Source of the DNA: Octopus sinensis
Taxonomy: Eukaryota
Assembly (NCBI RefSeq): GCF_006345805.1
Contig: NC_043009.1
Span: forward strand, 51,956,001-52,020,000
DNA: 64,000 bases
Direction of reading: 5' to 3'
Part shown: one piece after another, positions 39,244 through 52,309 of the stretch
How the letters are laid out: every line of letters begins with the position of its first letter
Position numbering within the stretch: position 1 is the stretch's first letter
Made by a program: the position numbers and the translations under genes
The notes under the pieces: generated by a model
The model's input: only the letters and a program-made list of their open reading frames with translations
What the model was told of the DNA's origin: nothing
Databases searched by the model: none

Positions 39244-39826
39244 TATATATATATGTATGTATGTATATAATATATATATTATATATATATTAGATATCAT
39301 TGTAGGTGCTACTGGGATAAAGATGGAGGGAAGTTTAAAAAGAGAGAGGCGAAGCGAAATGGCGACTGAAGAATATATATTAAACATGAAACAGAGTAAC
39401 AGAAGAGAGAGATGGTCAGCGAAGCAGCGTATGTTTGTGCTCGTATGGGTGTATGATTTTATAAACAATCCGTACAATATTAGATATCATTAAAGAGCAA
39501 TTTGTGCAGCAATTAGCATGCATGTAATTTTTTTCAGAAATAATTTCCGGCAGCCATTAAAATTATCCATATTGTTATGTTTTTTCAATGTTTACTAGAG
39601 TTGGAAAGTTGATGTATTTTGTGGAACTGTGTGTATGTGTGGATGGCTATATATGTGTTTGTTTATAACAGTCAAACTCTTCGTATGCAGCCGCTTACGC
39701 ACATGCTTTAATCTAACACACAGTGTATGATTATATACGTAGGTATTTCTCCAGCTTCTACAATTTTAATAATGCACAACTATCTATCTTTCTATCTAAC
39801 TATCTATCAATCTCTCTCTTCTCTCT

Positions 39827-39887
<61 letters not shown>

Positions 39888-40094
39888 TATATATTTACAT
39901 GCATATATATATATATATACATGTATATACATATATACATATATATACATATATACATATATATACATATTATATCATATATATTTTTAAAAATATTTAG
40001 ATATATAGATACATACATTCATGCATATGTATAATGTATGTTATATATATATGTGTGTGTGGTGTATGTATATTTATAAGTGTGATGTATTACC

Positions 40095-40142
<48 letters not shown>

Positions 40143-40642
40143 TATACGTATAGATAGATAGATAGATAGATACTAGATAGATATATGTATGTATGTATAT
40201 ATTTGCATAAACTTTATGTAAATGGCAACATTACATTATCATAATTCTTATCAGATGTAACTATTTCATAGAAAACTTGTAGTCTTTTAGTTTGAATCAT
40301 CCTCGGAACATTCCACTTGATTTTGCTTTGAGAGGAAGCGGGTACCATTTTCTAACACAAAGTAGAATCATCTGTTATCTAAAGTTGCCTTCACTTCCAG
40401 AAACATTGCCAACCAACGCTCTTATATTCTGCAAGGCATAGAAATATATACGGCAGTAGGTTGCTCATGCAGATTTCGTTGGAGGAATTCGCTTAAATTT
40501 TATAGAAAGATTAGAATATTATGAATTTCTTTCTTCCTATATATTTCTTGGCTTGATGTTGAAAAAAGGAGGATCAATTAAGCTTCGTTTTAGGATTTGC
40601 CTTGTAATGTAACGGGAACATGGCTTTTGCACAGATAAATGC

Positions 40643-40748
<106 letters not shown>

Positions 40749-40987
40749 TCATCTATGTATCTCCTTCTCTCTATATATGTGTGCGTGTGTATACATACAT
40801 ATATATATGAGAATTTTTTGCGTAATAAGATAAAAAAGCCAAGGCTGTGTAGATATTAGAGCATGTATAGATAGGTGTTTCTAGGATATTATTAATAATA
40901 CCCTTTCATCGGAGACGGTATGAGAGGATAGTTAAATCATAGTTAGTTTTAGAATATAAATATATATGTATATATATATATTATATA

Positions 40988-41022
<35 letters not shown>

Positions 41023-41186
41023 GTGTGTGTATGTGTGTGTATAAATATATGATCAGATACACATATCCATAAATATATAATCATACATGTATATACATAC
41101 GTATATATACATGTATATACACACACATATATATGTATATATATATATATGTGTGTGTGTGTATATATATATATATGCATGTATAT

Positions 41187-41374
41187 ATCACCGTGATCAC
41201 CGTGACCGATGTGGCGAATGAGTACAGCAGGGATCGCCACCACCCTCTACCGGAGCCTCGTACAGCTTTAGGTGTTTTCGCTCAATAAACACTCACAAGG
41301 CCCGGTCTGGAATCAAAACCGCGATCCTACGACCACGAGTCCGCTTGCCCTAGCCACTGGGCCATTGCGCCTCC
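41187..41374 (-). mobile_element. Family C SINE head with an alternative (CACGGTGAT)x2 tail and a target-site duplication
   Basis: The head and body match 48310-48474, then diverge to ATTCGCCACATCGGTCACGGTGATCACGGTGAT. GCATGTATATAT is duplicated at 41177-41188 and 41377-41388. Confidence 0.88.
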
Positions 41375-41378
41375 ACGC

Positions 41379-41428
<50 letters not shown>

Positions 41429-42102
41429 TATATATATATTATATTATACATATATATATATTTATTTATTTATTTATTTATCTATTTACGTATATATATG
41501 GCAAATGAAAGATGGAAGATGTAATATACGAGAACTTATTATTAATCACGTATGTGTGTGTGTGGATGTGTGCGTTTGGATGTGTGTGTTTGTGTGTGTG
41601 TGTGTGTTTATGTGTCTGCGTGTGTGTGCGTTTGAATGAAAGTAGTTAGGTAAATACGACTGGAATGGAAAGAAAAATATTTTCAAATGAAAACAAAAAA
41701 TACAAAGGAAGACACAGTCAGAAACAGACAGAGAATGCAGCCTGAGTGGGAGAATTAAATAGAGATATCACTAAAGCTAAAACATATTGAATCTAGAAAA
41801 CAAATTTCATAGCTTTCTAAATTATACTAAAATTCTTACTAAAAATATGAGTGTATATTATTTATGGATAATATACACAGGGAATATATATGCTAAAAGA
41901 AATATATATATGAAATATACACCGTATACTAATGGTACTTTTACAAATGTGGAATGATTTTATTTTATATTAATAACTGAAGCAGAGCTTTTAAATTTTC
42001 ATCAGCGTACATCAAAACAAGGAGTATTAACATTTGGGTGATATTAAATTTGTAGTGAATGTTTTTACTTGCTTTTAATTTCTGCGTCTATATTTTTCAC
42101 TT

Positions 42103-42152
<50 letters not shown>

Positions 42153-42153
42153 T

Positions 42154-42185
<32 letters not shown>

Positions 42186-42732
42186 ACATATATATATATA
42201 TATATATAAGTGGATTAAGGTATATCAAATTATAAACGTGTGTGGTATTGTACAGATGTAATAATATTATCTTACGTAAAATTGAAAAAAAAAACACGGA
42301 ATTAAAAACTTATCATTTCGGAGTACAAGCATTAAAAATTCGGCATATAACACTGACACACGATATATGTTTCTTTTTCTCTAAAAATCATGTGCATTTA
42401 TAAAACAGAGGCGGATTTTCATTTTTATATTAATGGCGGTCGAATTTCATCATATTCTATCTACGCACCTATATCCGCCAGTCAGTCATTATATGTACCA
42501 AACAATCTTTCTATCAAACTATATATGTATATACACAAAGAAATATGGACGCATACACAAATATCTATCTGTGTATTTATTTATCTATCTATCTATCTAT
42601 CTATATTGAATTTGACCGTGATAGTACCTTTGTCTTGAACTAACTATAAATATTTCTGCATTCAACACGTGTTCAGGCTTGTCGATAAGTAATATTCTCC
42701 TAAGAATTTTGAGGATCTTCTTCTTCTTCTTC

Positions 42733-43080
42733 TTCATTGAGAAATGCGCAAAGCAACTACTACCACAATTTTTAATCTTTCCATTTTACCAATGTGCTTT
42801 CGGATCATCAACACAAATTAGACTAAAGAAGGAAACATTCTTCATTGAAAAGTACAAGCCCAGACTCAACCATCCGAACATACTGATACAGAGAAATTCA
42901 CATTAAGGGAAAGGAAAACAAATTTTAAGCGATTATCTCCCTTACACCGGACGAAATCACCCACTACCTTCCCTTATTTAGAACTCTCCGAAGCATAAAC
43001 ACAAGGATAACTCTATTAAACATAAACATAACGTCACAAGAAATTTGAAAAGCTAAATGCGAAACCGGTCTTTCTTAAAA
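42733..43080 (+). mobile_element. Penelope-like element 3' remnant (C-terminus of GIY-YIG plus 3' UTR)
   Basis: IEKCAKQLLPQFLIFPFYQC...RLKKETFFIEKYKPRLN matches the PLE endonuclease C-terminal pattern F.I.PFY...R..KE..FI.K.KP.LN. A hammerhead-like fold lies at 43038-43076. Confidence 0.75.
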
Positions 43081-43246
43081 AATTATGTCATTATAAAGGA
43101 AAAAAAATTTGTTTAAAAAATTTTCTAATATTCTTCAGACATATTGACGCAAATATATATATTTTTAACATTTAAGCCTTCTGTCGTTTTTTCACCCTTT
43201 ACTGTTTTTTTATATATTCACCCACGTGCTTTCACAAACCAACTTT

Positions 43247-43297
<51 letters not shown>

Positions 43298-43420
43298 AAT
43301 GTGAGAATAAAATTCTTTTCGAAAAAACATATTTTCTCGAAAAAACATTTATCAATGTCCAGCATATTAAAAAGTACCTTTAACGGTTAATTTTACAAAC
43401 ATTCATGCCCTCATTTATGA

Positions 43421-43469
<49 letters not shown>

Positions 43470-43470
<1 letters not shown>

Positions 43471-43790
43471 TATATGGGTACAGTACGTCACAAAACGTAA
43501 ACAGCCTGAATTACGAGATACGACGGCAAACTTGTGTATGCGAACAAGAAGAGAAACGATGGAAAACAAGACAAGTAACATAAAGAACGACCCTTCATCA
43601 GTTGTTGGCTGTTCATCTACTTCACATTTCGAGCAAGTAACGACAGTATGAGTCTTCGAAAAACAGCTGCTCCTGCGAACCAAAATATAATTTGGGATGA
43701 TGCGGAGGGTCAAAGTCGGTAACAAAAACAGGCCAGTGGAGGCATGCAACAAACCAAAACAAACAAATCATGGACGGCCATTAGGCCAGA
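43470..43790 (-). mobile_element. Interspersed repeat remnant abutting (TA)n, possibly a PLE-type 3' end
   Basis: Architecture resembles 5911-6595 (shared AAAGAACGAC; CTGATGA on the minus strand at about 43595-43601). No full ribozyme fold. Confidence 0.35.
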
Positions 43791-44574
43791 CGAGGAAAGG
43801 TATACATGTCTGTATGTCTCTGTCTATCTCTCACTCTCCCCCTCTTCTCCTCTTCTTTGCTATCACGCTATTTTCTCTCTCTTCATTTTTCGAAGGCCTC
43901 TTCTGGAGAATGCGCTCAAAACTTTGTTTTCATTTCATATATATGTAACACATGAAATTCTAACTGTTACCACCAACTTCGGTCAGGTTTCTGAAGCTAT
44001 GAGGGACACAAATCAGGTGTAATTTTACTGTTCTTGGTGATTGTTAATAACTGCATACCCATCACGACCTTCCCTAGCGATAACATATTGCCTCTGATCA
44101 TATCTACATTTGACACTTGAACATATTACCCTTTGTAGCTAACAACAAACTACGGATCTCTACGACACCCTTATGTTGAACAACGCCATTTACTTAGGAA
44201 CACATCTATATCTGTAAGTGTTTGGAAAGTTTACTTCATACTCACTATCAAAAATATGGGCGAAACTACTGTATGCTCTTTTATCTATAGAAAATATGCT
44301 CTCCAACAGATCCTCTGGGTCTCTGTTACCTTTCTCTTTTAACATCAAAAGTATATCAATTTTCTTCTAATTCTATTGTGGTAAAATTCCTCCGGCATAT
44401 TTGCCTGGGGGAAATGTCCCTTGTGACATACACTTGTCATACTTGTCTACTAACTGGACATCGTCCACATCTAAGATGACTTCAAGGGATATGGAGCTTT
44501 CATAGTTTTGTTTGCAAAGTAGTGAAATTGTTTCTATTGATCATATTTTCAGCGAGTAGTCAAATTTTTCCCCA

Positions 44575-44690
44575 TTATTTCAACTGGTGCTCGTTTTATC
44601 AACACCAAAGGATGAAAGGTAAAGTCGGCTACGAAAGAATTTAGACTCGGAAAGTAAAGACGTGCTAACGGTTCTGCTAACTTGCCCTCT
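44575..44690 (-). mobile_element. Degenerate family B SINE
   Basis: TTCAACTGGT.CT..TTTTATC.AC.CC.AAGGATGAAAGGTAAAGTCG and CTAACG.TTCTGC.A.CT.GCC. Confidence 0.7.
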
Positions 44691-44922
44691 TTAAATATAT
44701 CTAATGATGGGTAATTTCAATGTCTAAATAATGGAAAATGTATAGAAAAAGACAGAGGGCTTGATTCTTGATGAAAGAGTCAAGTAATCGGAGCAAGAAA
44801 CAGCAGAATAAATATTGATACAGAAGCCATTTCTCTGAATGAATTATACGTCGTGAAAACAGTGAGATAGCTGCATTGTAGATATTGTCTATGAATGTAA
44901 AATAATTATTCAGAACGCCTAT

Positions 44923-45304
44923 AGGCGTAGGAGTGGCTGCGTGGTAAGTTCTTGCTTACCAACCACATGGTTCCGAGTTCAGTCCCACAGCGTGGCACCT
45001 TGGCCAACTATCTTTTACTATAGCCTTGTAAGTGGATTTGGTAGACGGAAGTGTCTTCTACTATAGCCTCGGGCCGTCCAAAGCCTTGTGAGTGCATTTG
45101 GTAGACGGAAACTGAAAGAAGCCCGTCGTATTTATGTATATGTATATATGTGTGTTTGTGTGTCTGTGCTTTCCCAACATCGCTTGACAACCGATGCTGG
45201 CGTGTTTACGTCAGCGTAACTTAGCGGTTCTGCAAAAGAAAACGATAAAATAAGGCGGTGCTCCAGCATGGCCGCAGTCAAATGACTGAAACAAGTAAAA
45301 GAGT
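44923..45304 (+). mobile_element. Family A SINE with an internal duplication and a 3' deletion
   Basis: ACTATAGCC and TGGATTTGGTAGACGGAA each occur twice (about 45017-45115). About 50 bp are missing before GGCGGTGCTCC. Confidence 0.9.
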
Positions 45305-45367
45305 GATCTTTATAAGAACTGGAAACATGAAAAGTTTGCTACAATTATGCATTGGGAATTTCTAAAA

Positions 45368-45373
45368 AAAAAA

Positions 45374-45435
<62 letters not shown>

Positions 45436-45453
45436 TAATAATAATAATAATAA
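45368..45453. repeat. (AAT)n array
   Basis: Read directly; (AAT)n resumes at 45922-45935. Confidence 0.97.
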
Positions 45454-45921
45454 GTGGCTCTCATGGGCTACAGCAAATATTCTGCTCAATACCACAGATT
45501 TGCTTGTCAGTTGTTTGACCTTAACCAGTTGAGCATGCCCCTTAGTGGCTGACGATATGTGCATCTCTGATCACGAGCAGAAGTAGTGGGGGAGCATCAT
45601 AGCCATGTGTTGAGAGGGATTCTTTGGGGTTTGAATAATTCACGTCTGGAAACATCGGTGGTTCTTTCAACATCCTTAAACAACCCTTATTCAGAGACCT
45701 TTTGAGCGGGATGGGCTACTCAACCTGAAGAAAATTCTAACTGGCCCCACCTGCAAGGTCATGTGCTGTTTATCTTGATACGAGATCACCATGTTGCGCA
45801 CATATGGTTGTGATGCATGTGCCTGGTGTACCCTTATCAGACGGGTAGTCATGATGGGTATATTGGGCTTCGTATATTTTACCCCAGTGTCACTTTGATG
45901 GCATGCACTGCTCTCTCACTC
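45454..45921. mobile_element. 468-bp non-coding insertion embedded in (AAT)n
   Basis: Complex, comparatively GC-richer sequence bounded on both sides by (AAT)n, with no ORF, TIR or tRNA head seen. Confidence 0.6.
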
Positions 45922-48159
45922 AATAATAATAATAAACTCTAGTTTTGTAAAAGGGGAAGATTGATATGACCATAAAACAGAGAATACGTACTTCAAAATG
46001 ACCTTGTAAAAGTACTTTGGGCTTTGAAACATATATGGATACGCGAAAGAAAACTTTTACGCCATGCTGTTATCGCAAACATTAATGAAGAAAGACTATG
46101 CTGCTTAATAAATGTTCGTCAGTTTGATACTAGTATTGTAGGAAATGAACATGAAGAAAGAAAAACAAAAACAAAAAAAAATATGAACTTCATTGAATCA
46201 GGAAAAGTCGAAAAATTCCCTTTATCCCACTTGTGATAGGAGAATAAAGAGCAGTAGCAGGAAATCATCTGAACTGTTTGAATGTGTTGGATGCTGTGAT
46301 AAAAATTCCTGATTCTACAGAAAGCTTGTTTTCATGGCACAGTATTTGACAACAAAAAGAGTACTTAGTCCCTAGGATTGCCGCATGTGGATAGATATAT
46401 AGGATCCTGTATCAGCAACGCAACGGGGTTCTGAGTGAACGCGTATAGAAATAATAATGAGAAGGAGGATGATGAGGGTGAGGAAGAGAATTTAAGCACA
46501 ATGAGATAGATACAAAGAAGACGATATAATTACGCATAAAACGGCTTTGGTCATTGGTCTTTTGAGTAGAGATGTGATAATTTGGGTTCATCACATATTT
46601 GTGCATCAAGGATGGGCTAAACTGAGGCGCAACATATCCGTTGGTTAATTCATTGGGTCAGCTCAGATTAAGCTTTCATCTGTTGATTAAATATGGCATA
46701 TCCATGAAAGTGGGTGTATGTTTGTTTTTTCAAATGTGTATAACGCGAGGCTTATTGTTAATCTATCGCCCAGACCTGAGACTAACTATTTACCTGTTAA
46801 TAAAATAGGGAATGCCATTCTTAAACGTATGTCTGCTGATCTCATATGAGGTCATTTGAAGATAACTGACAATGACATAAACGACCGAAATAATAACGGG
46901 TACATTCACACCCATCCACTCAAGTTTAACATGAAATTTGGAAAAGTGGAGAAAAATAGAATTTTCTGAAATTACTTTATCATTGAATTAAAAAAACAAC
47001 TTCAGTAACAGTTTCTGTGGTGAGTAGTTTGTGGTGTCTGTGGTTGGAGTATGGGTAAAAATGTTAAAACTGCTTTAGAGTAATAGAAATATAATTGAAA
47101 GAAGAGGAAGGAGATATTTTAAAATGAAATTTTGATTAAACCCGGCTACTTTTATTCCTACCGTCAACATCTTTGATAACTTCAACATATCACTGTTTAA
47201 TTAATTTCAATAAATCCACATTCAGCTCGCAATAAATGCTTGTAGCAATATCCTATAGACACCGCGTGATACTATTTTATATTGAAAAAATATCTTCTTG
47301 ACAATGTGTCAAGAATTCTTAAGTTCCCCACTTCTAGCAAGAAATTGTACTTCAGTTTTTATTTCAAATATGTTCGTAGTAAGAGTAGGGAAGTATAGAT
47401 GGCTTTTCAAACACTCGTAGCAGTTAATTAATAATTCTTAGAATAAATCCGAAATAATCATCAATAATTGTAAATTGCTTTCTTTTACAATTATTGAGGT
47501 ATTCGCTACAAATAAACTGTCACGTAGTTACATATATTATTCCGTGGAATACTTGTATAATGTAATTCCGAATGGCTAATGTGGGATTTTCCTGGATTTT
47601 ATTTTCGATTTTCATTATTTTCAGAGTTTTCAACGTTCTGTTTTTGTTTAACTGATATGTATATTTGTAAGTTTACTGAAGAAATAAGACTGACGATGTG
47701 GAACAAAATTGCATCAGTTACAAGATGCTTTATAGTCATTCAAGCCAAATAAACACTTTCCCAGTTCTGTATAATTGGTTACAACCTATCTATCAAATAA
47801 ATATCTATTCCTGAATGTCCCTGCGCTTAGCAATCTATCTCATGTCTCACTCACGCTAGAATATGGAGGTTTTAATAGCTATGAAAATTTACCAAACGAT
47901 CACCACTGAAATAATTTTTATTATAGTTGGGTATGGTTTAGTCTGACATGATGGTCAAACAAGAGAAGAAACTACAAGCAGAAGAACAACAACAATATAG
48001 TAGCAACAATAACGACAATAAGACAACGACAAAAATGTCAACAACAAAAGCAATAACAACAAAAGCAATAACAATGACAACAACAACAACAACTACTTCT
48101 ACAACAACAACAGAAACAACGAACGCTTGTTGTTAGTAATTTCACCTGTTCGATAACCC

Positions 48160-48474
48160 TTTATTTATTTATACGCTCGTTTCAAGCCTAGCCAGGCTCG
48201 TGGGCCCGGTTTCCCGGTTTCTATGGAGTACGTGCTACCCCCAGCTGGACGGCGCCAGTCCATCGCAGCGTTACTCAACAAACAGGAAGAAAGAGTGAGA
48301 GAAATTTGGGACGAAAGAGTACAACAGGTATCGCCACCACCACCCTCTGCCGGAGCCTCGTGGAGCTTTAGGTGATTCCGCTCAATAAACCCACACAACG
48401 CCCGGTCTTGGAATCGAAACCGCGTTCCTCCGAGCACGAGTCCGCTGCCCTAACCACTGGGCCATTGCGCCTCC
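48160..48474 (-). mobile_element. Family C SINE, full length
   Basis: Minus-strand head GGAGGCGCAATGGCCCAGTGGTTAGGGCAGCGGACTCG with B-box GGTTTCGATTCC; (AAAT)n tail. Confidence 0.92.
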
Positions 48475-48944
48475 ACTTCAAAAACCCTTATTTTCCCGTA
48501 AATGTCAAAGATGAGAGACGTAAATCAGGTCAGAATGATTTCCTCACATTTGGACAGCAGGAATCTTTGAATTTCCAGGGTGTCTAAATTCTGAAATCAA
48601 TGTTCAGTAGAAAACCTCTTGTTGCTATGTATTACATTTGAAGGATTGTTATCAAGTCATTTTATTTCTTCAAATAAATAATATTGACGACAATCGCGGA
48701 CTTAAATCTACAAAAGACGTTAACACAAGAAAAAAGGAAAAAAATAATCACCAAAACTAACTGCACGATTCAAAACAGAGAACAACTTAGAAGGGTGCCA
48801 AGGTTTAGTTAAGCGGATCTGAAGAATATTCAACGATCAAAATCTACGGGGCATTTTTATCTAAATTCTTCAATATTTTTATTACTATTTTTGTTCTTAC
48901 GGTTGCAAAACCTAGCGCAATTTTGTAGTACATGGGTACGCAAT

Positions 48945-48989
<45 letters not shown>

Positions 48990-49101
48990 ATACTACCATT
49001 ACTACTGCTACTGCTGCTGCTACTACTACTACTGCTACTACTAATACTACTACGAAGACGACGACGACGACTACTACTACTACTACTTCTCCTTAATATT
49101 A

Positions 49102-49145
<44 letters not shown>

Positions 49146-49230
49146 GTTATTATTAATTTTGTAGTAGTAGTAATAGTAGTTGTGTTAGTTTTGATGGTGA
49201 TTGTGGTGGGAGTAATGGTGGTGGTACTTA
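48945..49230. repeat. Trinucleotide array with drifting motif (CTA, CTG, CGA, TTA, GTA, GTG)
   Basis: Read directly from the sequence. Confidence 0.9.
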
Positions 49231-49699
49231 TCACACCATTTTAAAATTGGTAAGTTTTACTGGCGAAAGCGATACAAAAGAGAAAAAAAATTGCACTACT
49301 GCGTAGATCAATATGATTTTGCGCAGATATCTTAATCTACTTGATGTTCGGTATTCATTCGTCATTGGGGGCTTTTATGTCTTAAAGGTATGAACGTAGC
49401 GTTGATTCGAATCGAGTTAAACCGCATCCAGTGTCCAAATTTGTATACAGAGATGTGAGCTCACACACATACACACACATAAACAAGCACAGTCATGTAA
49501 CAAGCACACTTATAACAAACTCGCATACTCACACGCACACAGCTCGAACAGATTCTATTCTCTTCCCAATAAAGTATATACGTCTAAATTTATATATTAC
49601 TAAATCGAGAGAGCGTTGCTTGCAATTCATTGTAAGTCATATATCAGAGTATGTACATATATGCACACAGGAATACCATCAGTGGAAGCAATTAAGTTT

Positions 49700-50185
49700 G
49701 TGTCCACCTCATCTATGGCTAGTTAGTAATATGTCTTCTTCACCAATGTTGATATAATCCATCGTAACTGCCTCGCTGAACATACGTGTGGCGGCAAAGA
49801 AATCCACCGGTTCATTCACTTGTCTATGTTCCAACATAAAGACACTTTTGAACACGTCATTCAGTAACTCACAGATCCTTGTTGGGTTATCTGTGAGGGA
49901 ACTATCCTTTTGGAATATGTGTCCTATTTTGCAGGGAACTGAGGTTGTTTCTTTGACATAATGAAAGAAGGCCTTTCGGTTTGACTTCATATGTTTATAT
50001 AACCCAGGCTTCTTTGTCTGCACTCTCCTTCAATAGAGAATTGTTGCAATCTTTTTTCAATCTCTCAGTGTTATTTTTAGGCGGGAATTTTCATTACTTT
50101 TGGGATGCTGGTTTAACCGATTTGCAAACTTCGTCCTTCGTCTCATGAGGTTCTTCCGGTCCCTTGGAATCTCGTTTCTTTTTAT
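49700..50185 (-). mobile_element. CR1/L2-group LINE ORF2 internal fragment (endonuclease-RT linker)
   Basis: IPRDRKNLMRRRTK followed by HMKSNRKAFFHYVK...IGHIFQKDSSLTDNPTRICELLNDVFKSVF, matching the IK.NPK.FF.Y ... L...F.SVF linker pattern. Confidence 0.8.
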
Positions 50186-50300
50186 GTTGGCATTGTGTTC
50201 TGGGACAATTTTCTGGCTTTTGATATATATATATATTTCTATATATGTATAAACCTGTCAGTCTGTCTATCTATCTATCTATACCTGTCTATCTGTTTAT

Positions 50301-50349
<49 letters not shown>

Positions 50350-51416
50350 GGGTATATATATATATATATATATATATGTAGTTGGTATTTCCTATGATAA
50401 TGTGCTCCACGATTCAATGTAAAGGAGTTATCTCCCTTCACATTTATTTAGGCTGGTAAACTATCCGGCACATACATACATATGTGCGTTCTCGCACAAC
50501 ATATATATAGACTTTCTTCTTACTGTAAATAGTAATCGTGTTGCTTTGAGGTGATGAGGAAGCACGAGGGTGTTGGCTAAAAGGAATTCTGATAATAGGA
50601 AAAGATACTAAATCTCCGGGAAGTCTTTATAGAAACTTTTATGGAAAATATCTGGGCGAGTATAAAACGGATTTTTAAAAATGTGTAATCATATAGAAAT
50701 ATAAACTTCTTTTGGTCTCATTTTTCTTGTGCAAAAAATGTTTAATCGGAAAATTTTAAATTTCATTCTTGTTTTCTTACATGCCTATAGCACTGGCGTT
50801 TCCACTCTCCAAGCATAAACGAATGCAGAGATTGATGATCGCTGTGCTTGCATTAAAGTTAGTATCTGGTTTTTCATGTCTCTCTATCTTCTGCTGAACT
50901 TCTGCTACGAAATACATTCATCACTTCGTTGCATTTACTTATGCTGAAAATTTATTGGCGATCTTCTATCTGATATCAAACAGTTTGCCATTTTCATTTA
51001 AATGCCAGTTGCAAATCAAGGCATTTTTAGCTGTGAAATCTCTATTTGATAGATCGTTCAGCTCTGCATACACAAGAGAACATTGATTCTTGAAAGACTG
51101 AAAATACGATAGCGACTTTTACATACGCAGATATGTAATGCAGGCTTTCGACAATGAATAAGGTTTTTGGTTGCAAAAAGTTATTAAAAACACTTATGCA
51201 AAAACATCTGTAATTAGAATAACAATGAGGAATGAAGTAATAATGTAACTGTTAAAACATCCGACCAGATGTCTTGTGTATGTGTTCTGAGTCTTGTGGT
51301 GGTAGAATTTTGCCATCGGCCAATTCGTGATCCCTAGCACTTCCCCTCATCCTGCTACCTGATTAAATAGTAATGTGTACTATATACATTACTATATATA
51401 TTAATTATAGACATTG

Positions 51417-51484
<68 letters not shown>

Positions 51485-51618
51485 AGAGATGATTAAAAAT
51501 TTAAAATTGGAATTAGATATAGTGAGAAATGTGTTGTTTTAGAGGGTTTTAACTCCTCTTCCAAACAAGCAGGTACATATTCTACCCTGACTTTTTTTAT
51601 AATAACTATATATATATG

Positions 51619-51777
51619 TGTGAGGGATATTTTCCATCTCAATATGGCTAACCACTAAGGGTGGGTGTTACTGTAGCTTGTAACCCCAGGAGAACATCTT
51701 CTCCAGCTGGCTGCCTAAAAATATCCCTCACATTGTCGTGCAGTTACTGTTTATACCTCATTCAGAGATTATTATTG

Positions 51778-51780
<3 letters not shown>
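51619..51780 (+). mobile_element. Rearranged member of the 33.5-kb fold-back family, in (TA)n
   Basis: 51620-51715 is homologous to the left arm of 33523-33631. TGTGAGGGATATTTT (51619-51633) is inverted at 51718-51732, then the family tail runs to (TA)n. Confidence 0.85.
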
Positions 51781-51848
<68 letters not shown>

Positions 51849-51851
51849 TAG

Positions 51852-51902
<51 letters not shown>

Positions 51903-51913
51903 TTATATATATA

Positions 51914-52098
51914 GGGAGAACTCACAAAAAAAACCCTCAAATGACGAAGACAGATGGTCTAGACAACAAAAACAGATGTATTAGTTTAACGCTCGGGGAA
52001 ATTAAAAATGTATTTAACGTTTCGAGCCTATGCTCTTCCTCAGAAAGAAACACAGAAAGAGACAGGGAGATAAAATAAAGAATGTGTAGTGGCTAGCG

Positions 52099-52100
<2 letters not shown>
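51914..52100 (-). mobile_element. PLE-type 3' end remnant between (TA)n and (TCTA)n
   Basis: Same family as 30397 and 31108; contains the hammerhead motif at 52013-52046. Confidence 0.7.
52013..52046 (-). ncRNA. Minimal type-I hammerhead ribozyme motif
   Basis: Minus strand reads UUU CUGAGGA A GAGC-auag-GCUC GAAA C|G UU AAA. The core is canonical, stem III is a loop-less palindrome (AACGUU), and stem I is only 3 bp. Confidence 0.6.
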
Positions 52101-52180
<80 letters not shown>

Positions 52181-52202
52181 ATATATATATATATATATAT
52201 AT

Positions 52203-52287
<85 letters not shown>

Positions 52288-52309
52288 GCTCGTATGTGTG
52301 TGTTTGTCC

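Noticed and set aside
50560-51010. Faint Tc1/mariner-like words (MENIWASIKR near 50640 and an HTH-like minus-strand stretch)
   Set aside because: Too short and degenerate to support by eye, and no TIRs were found.
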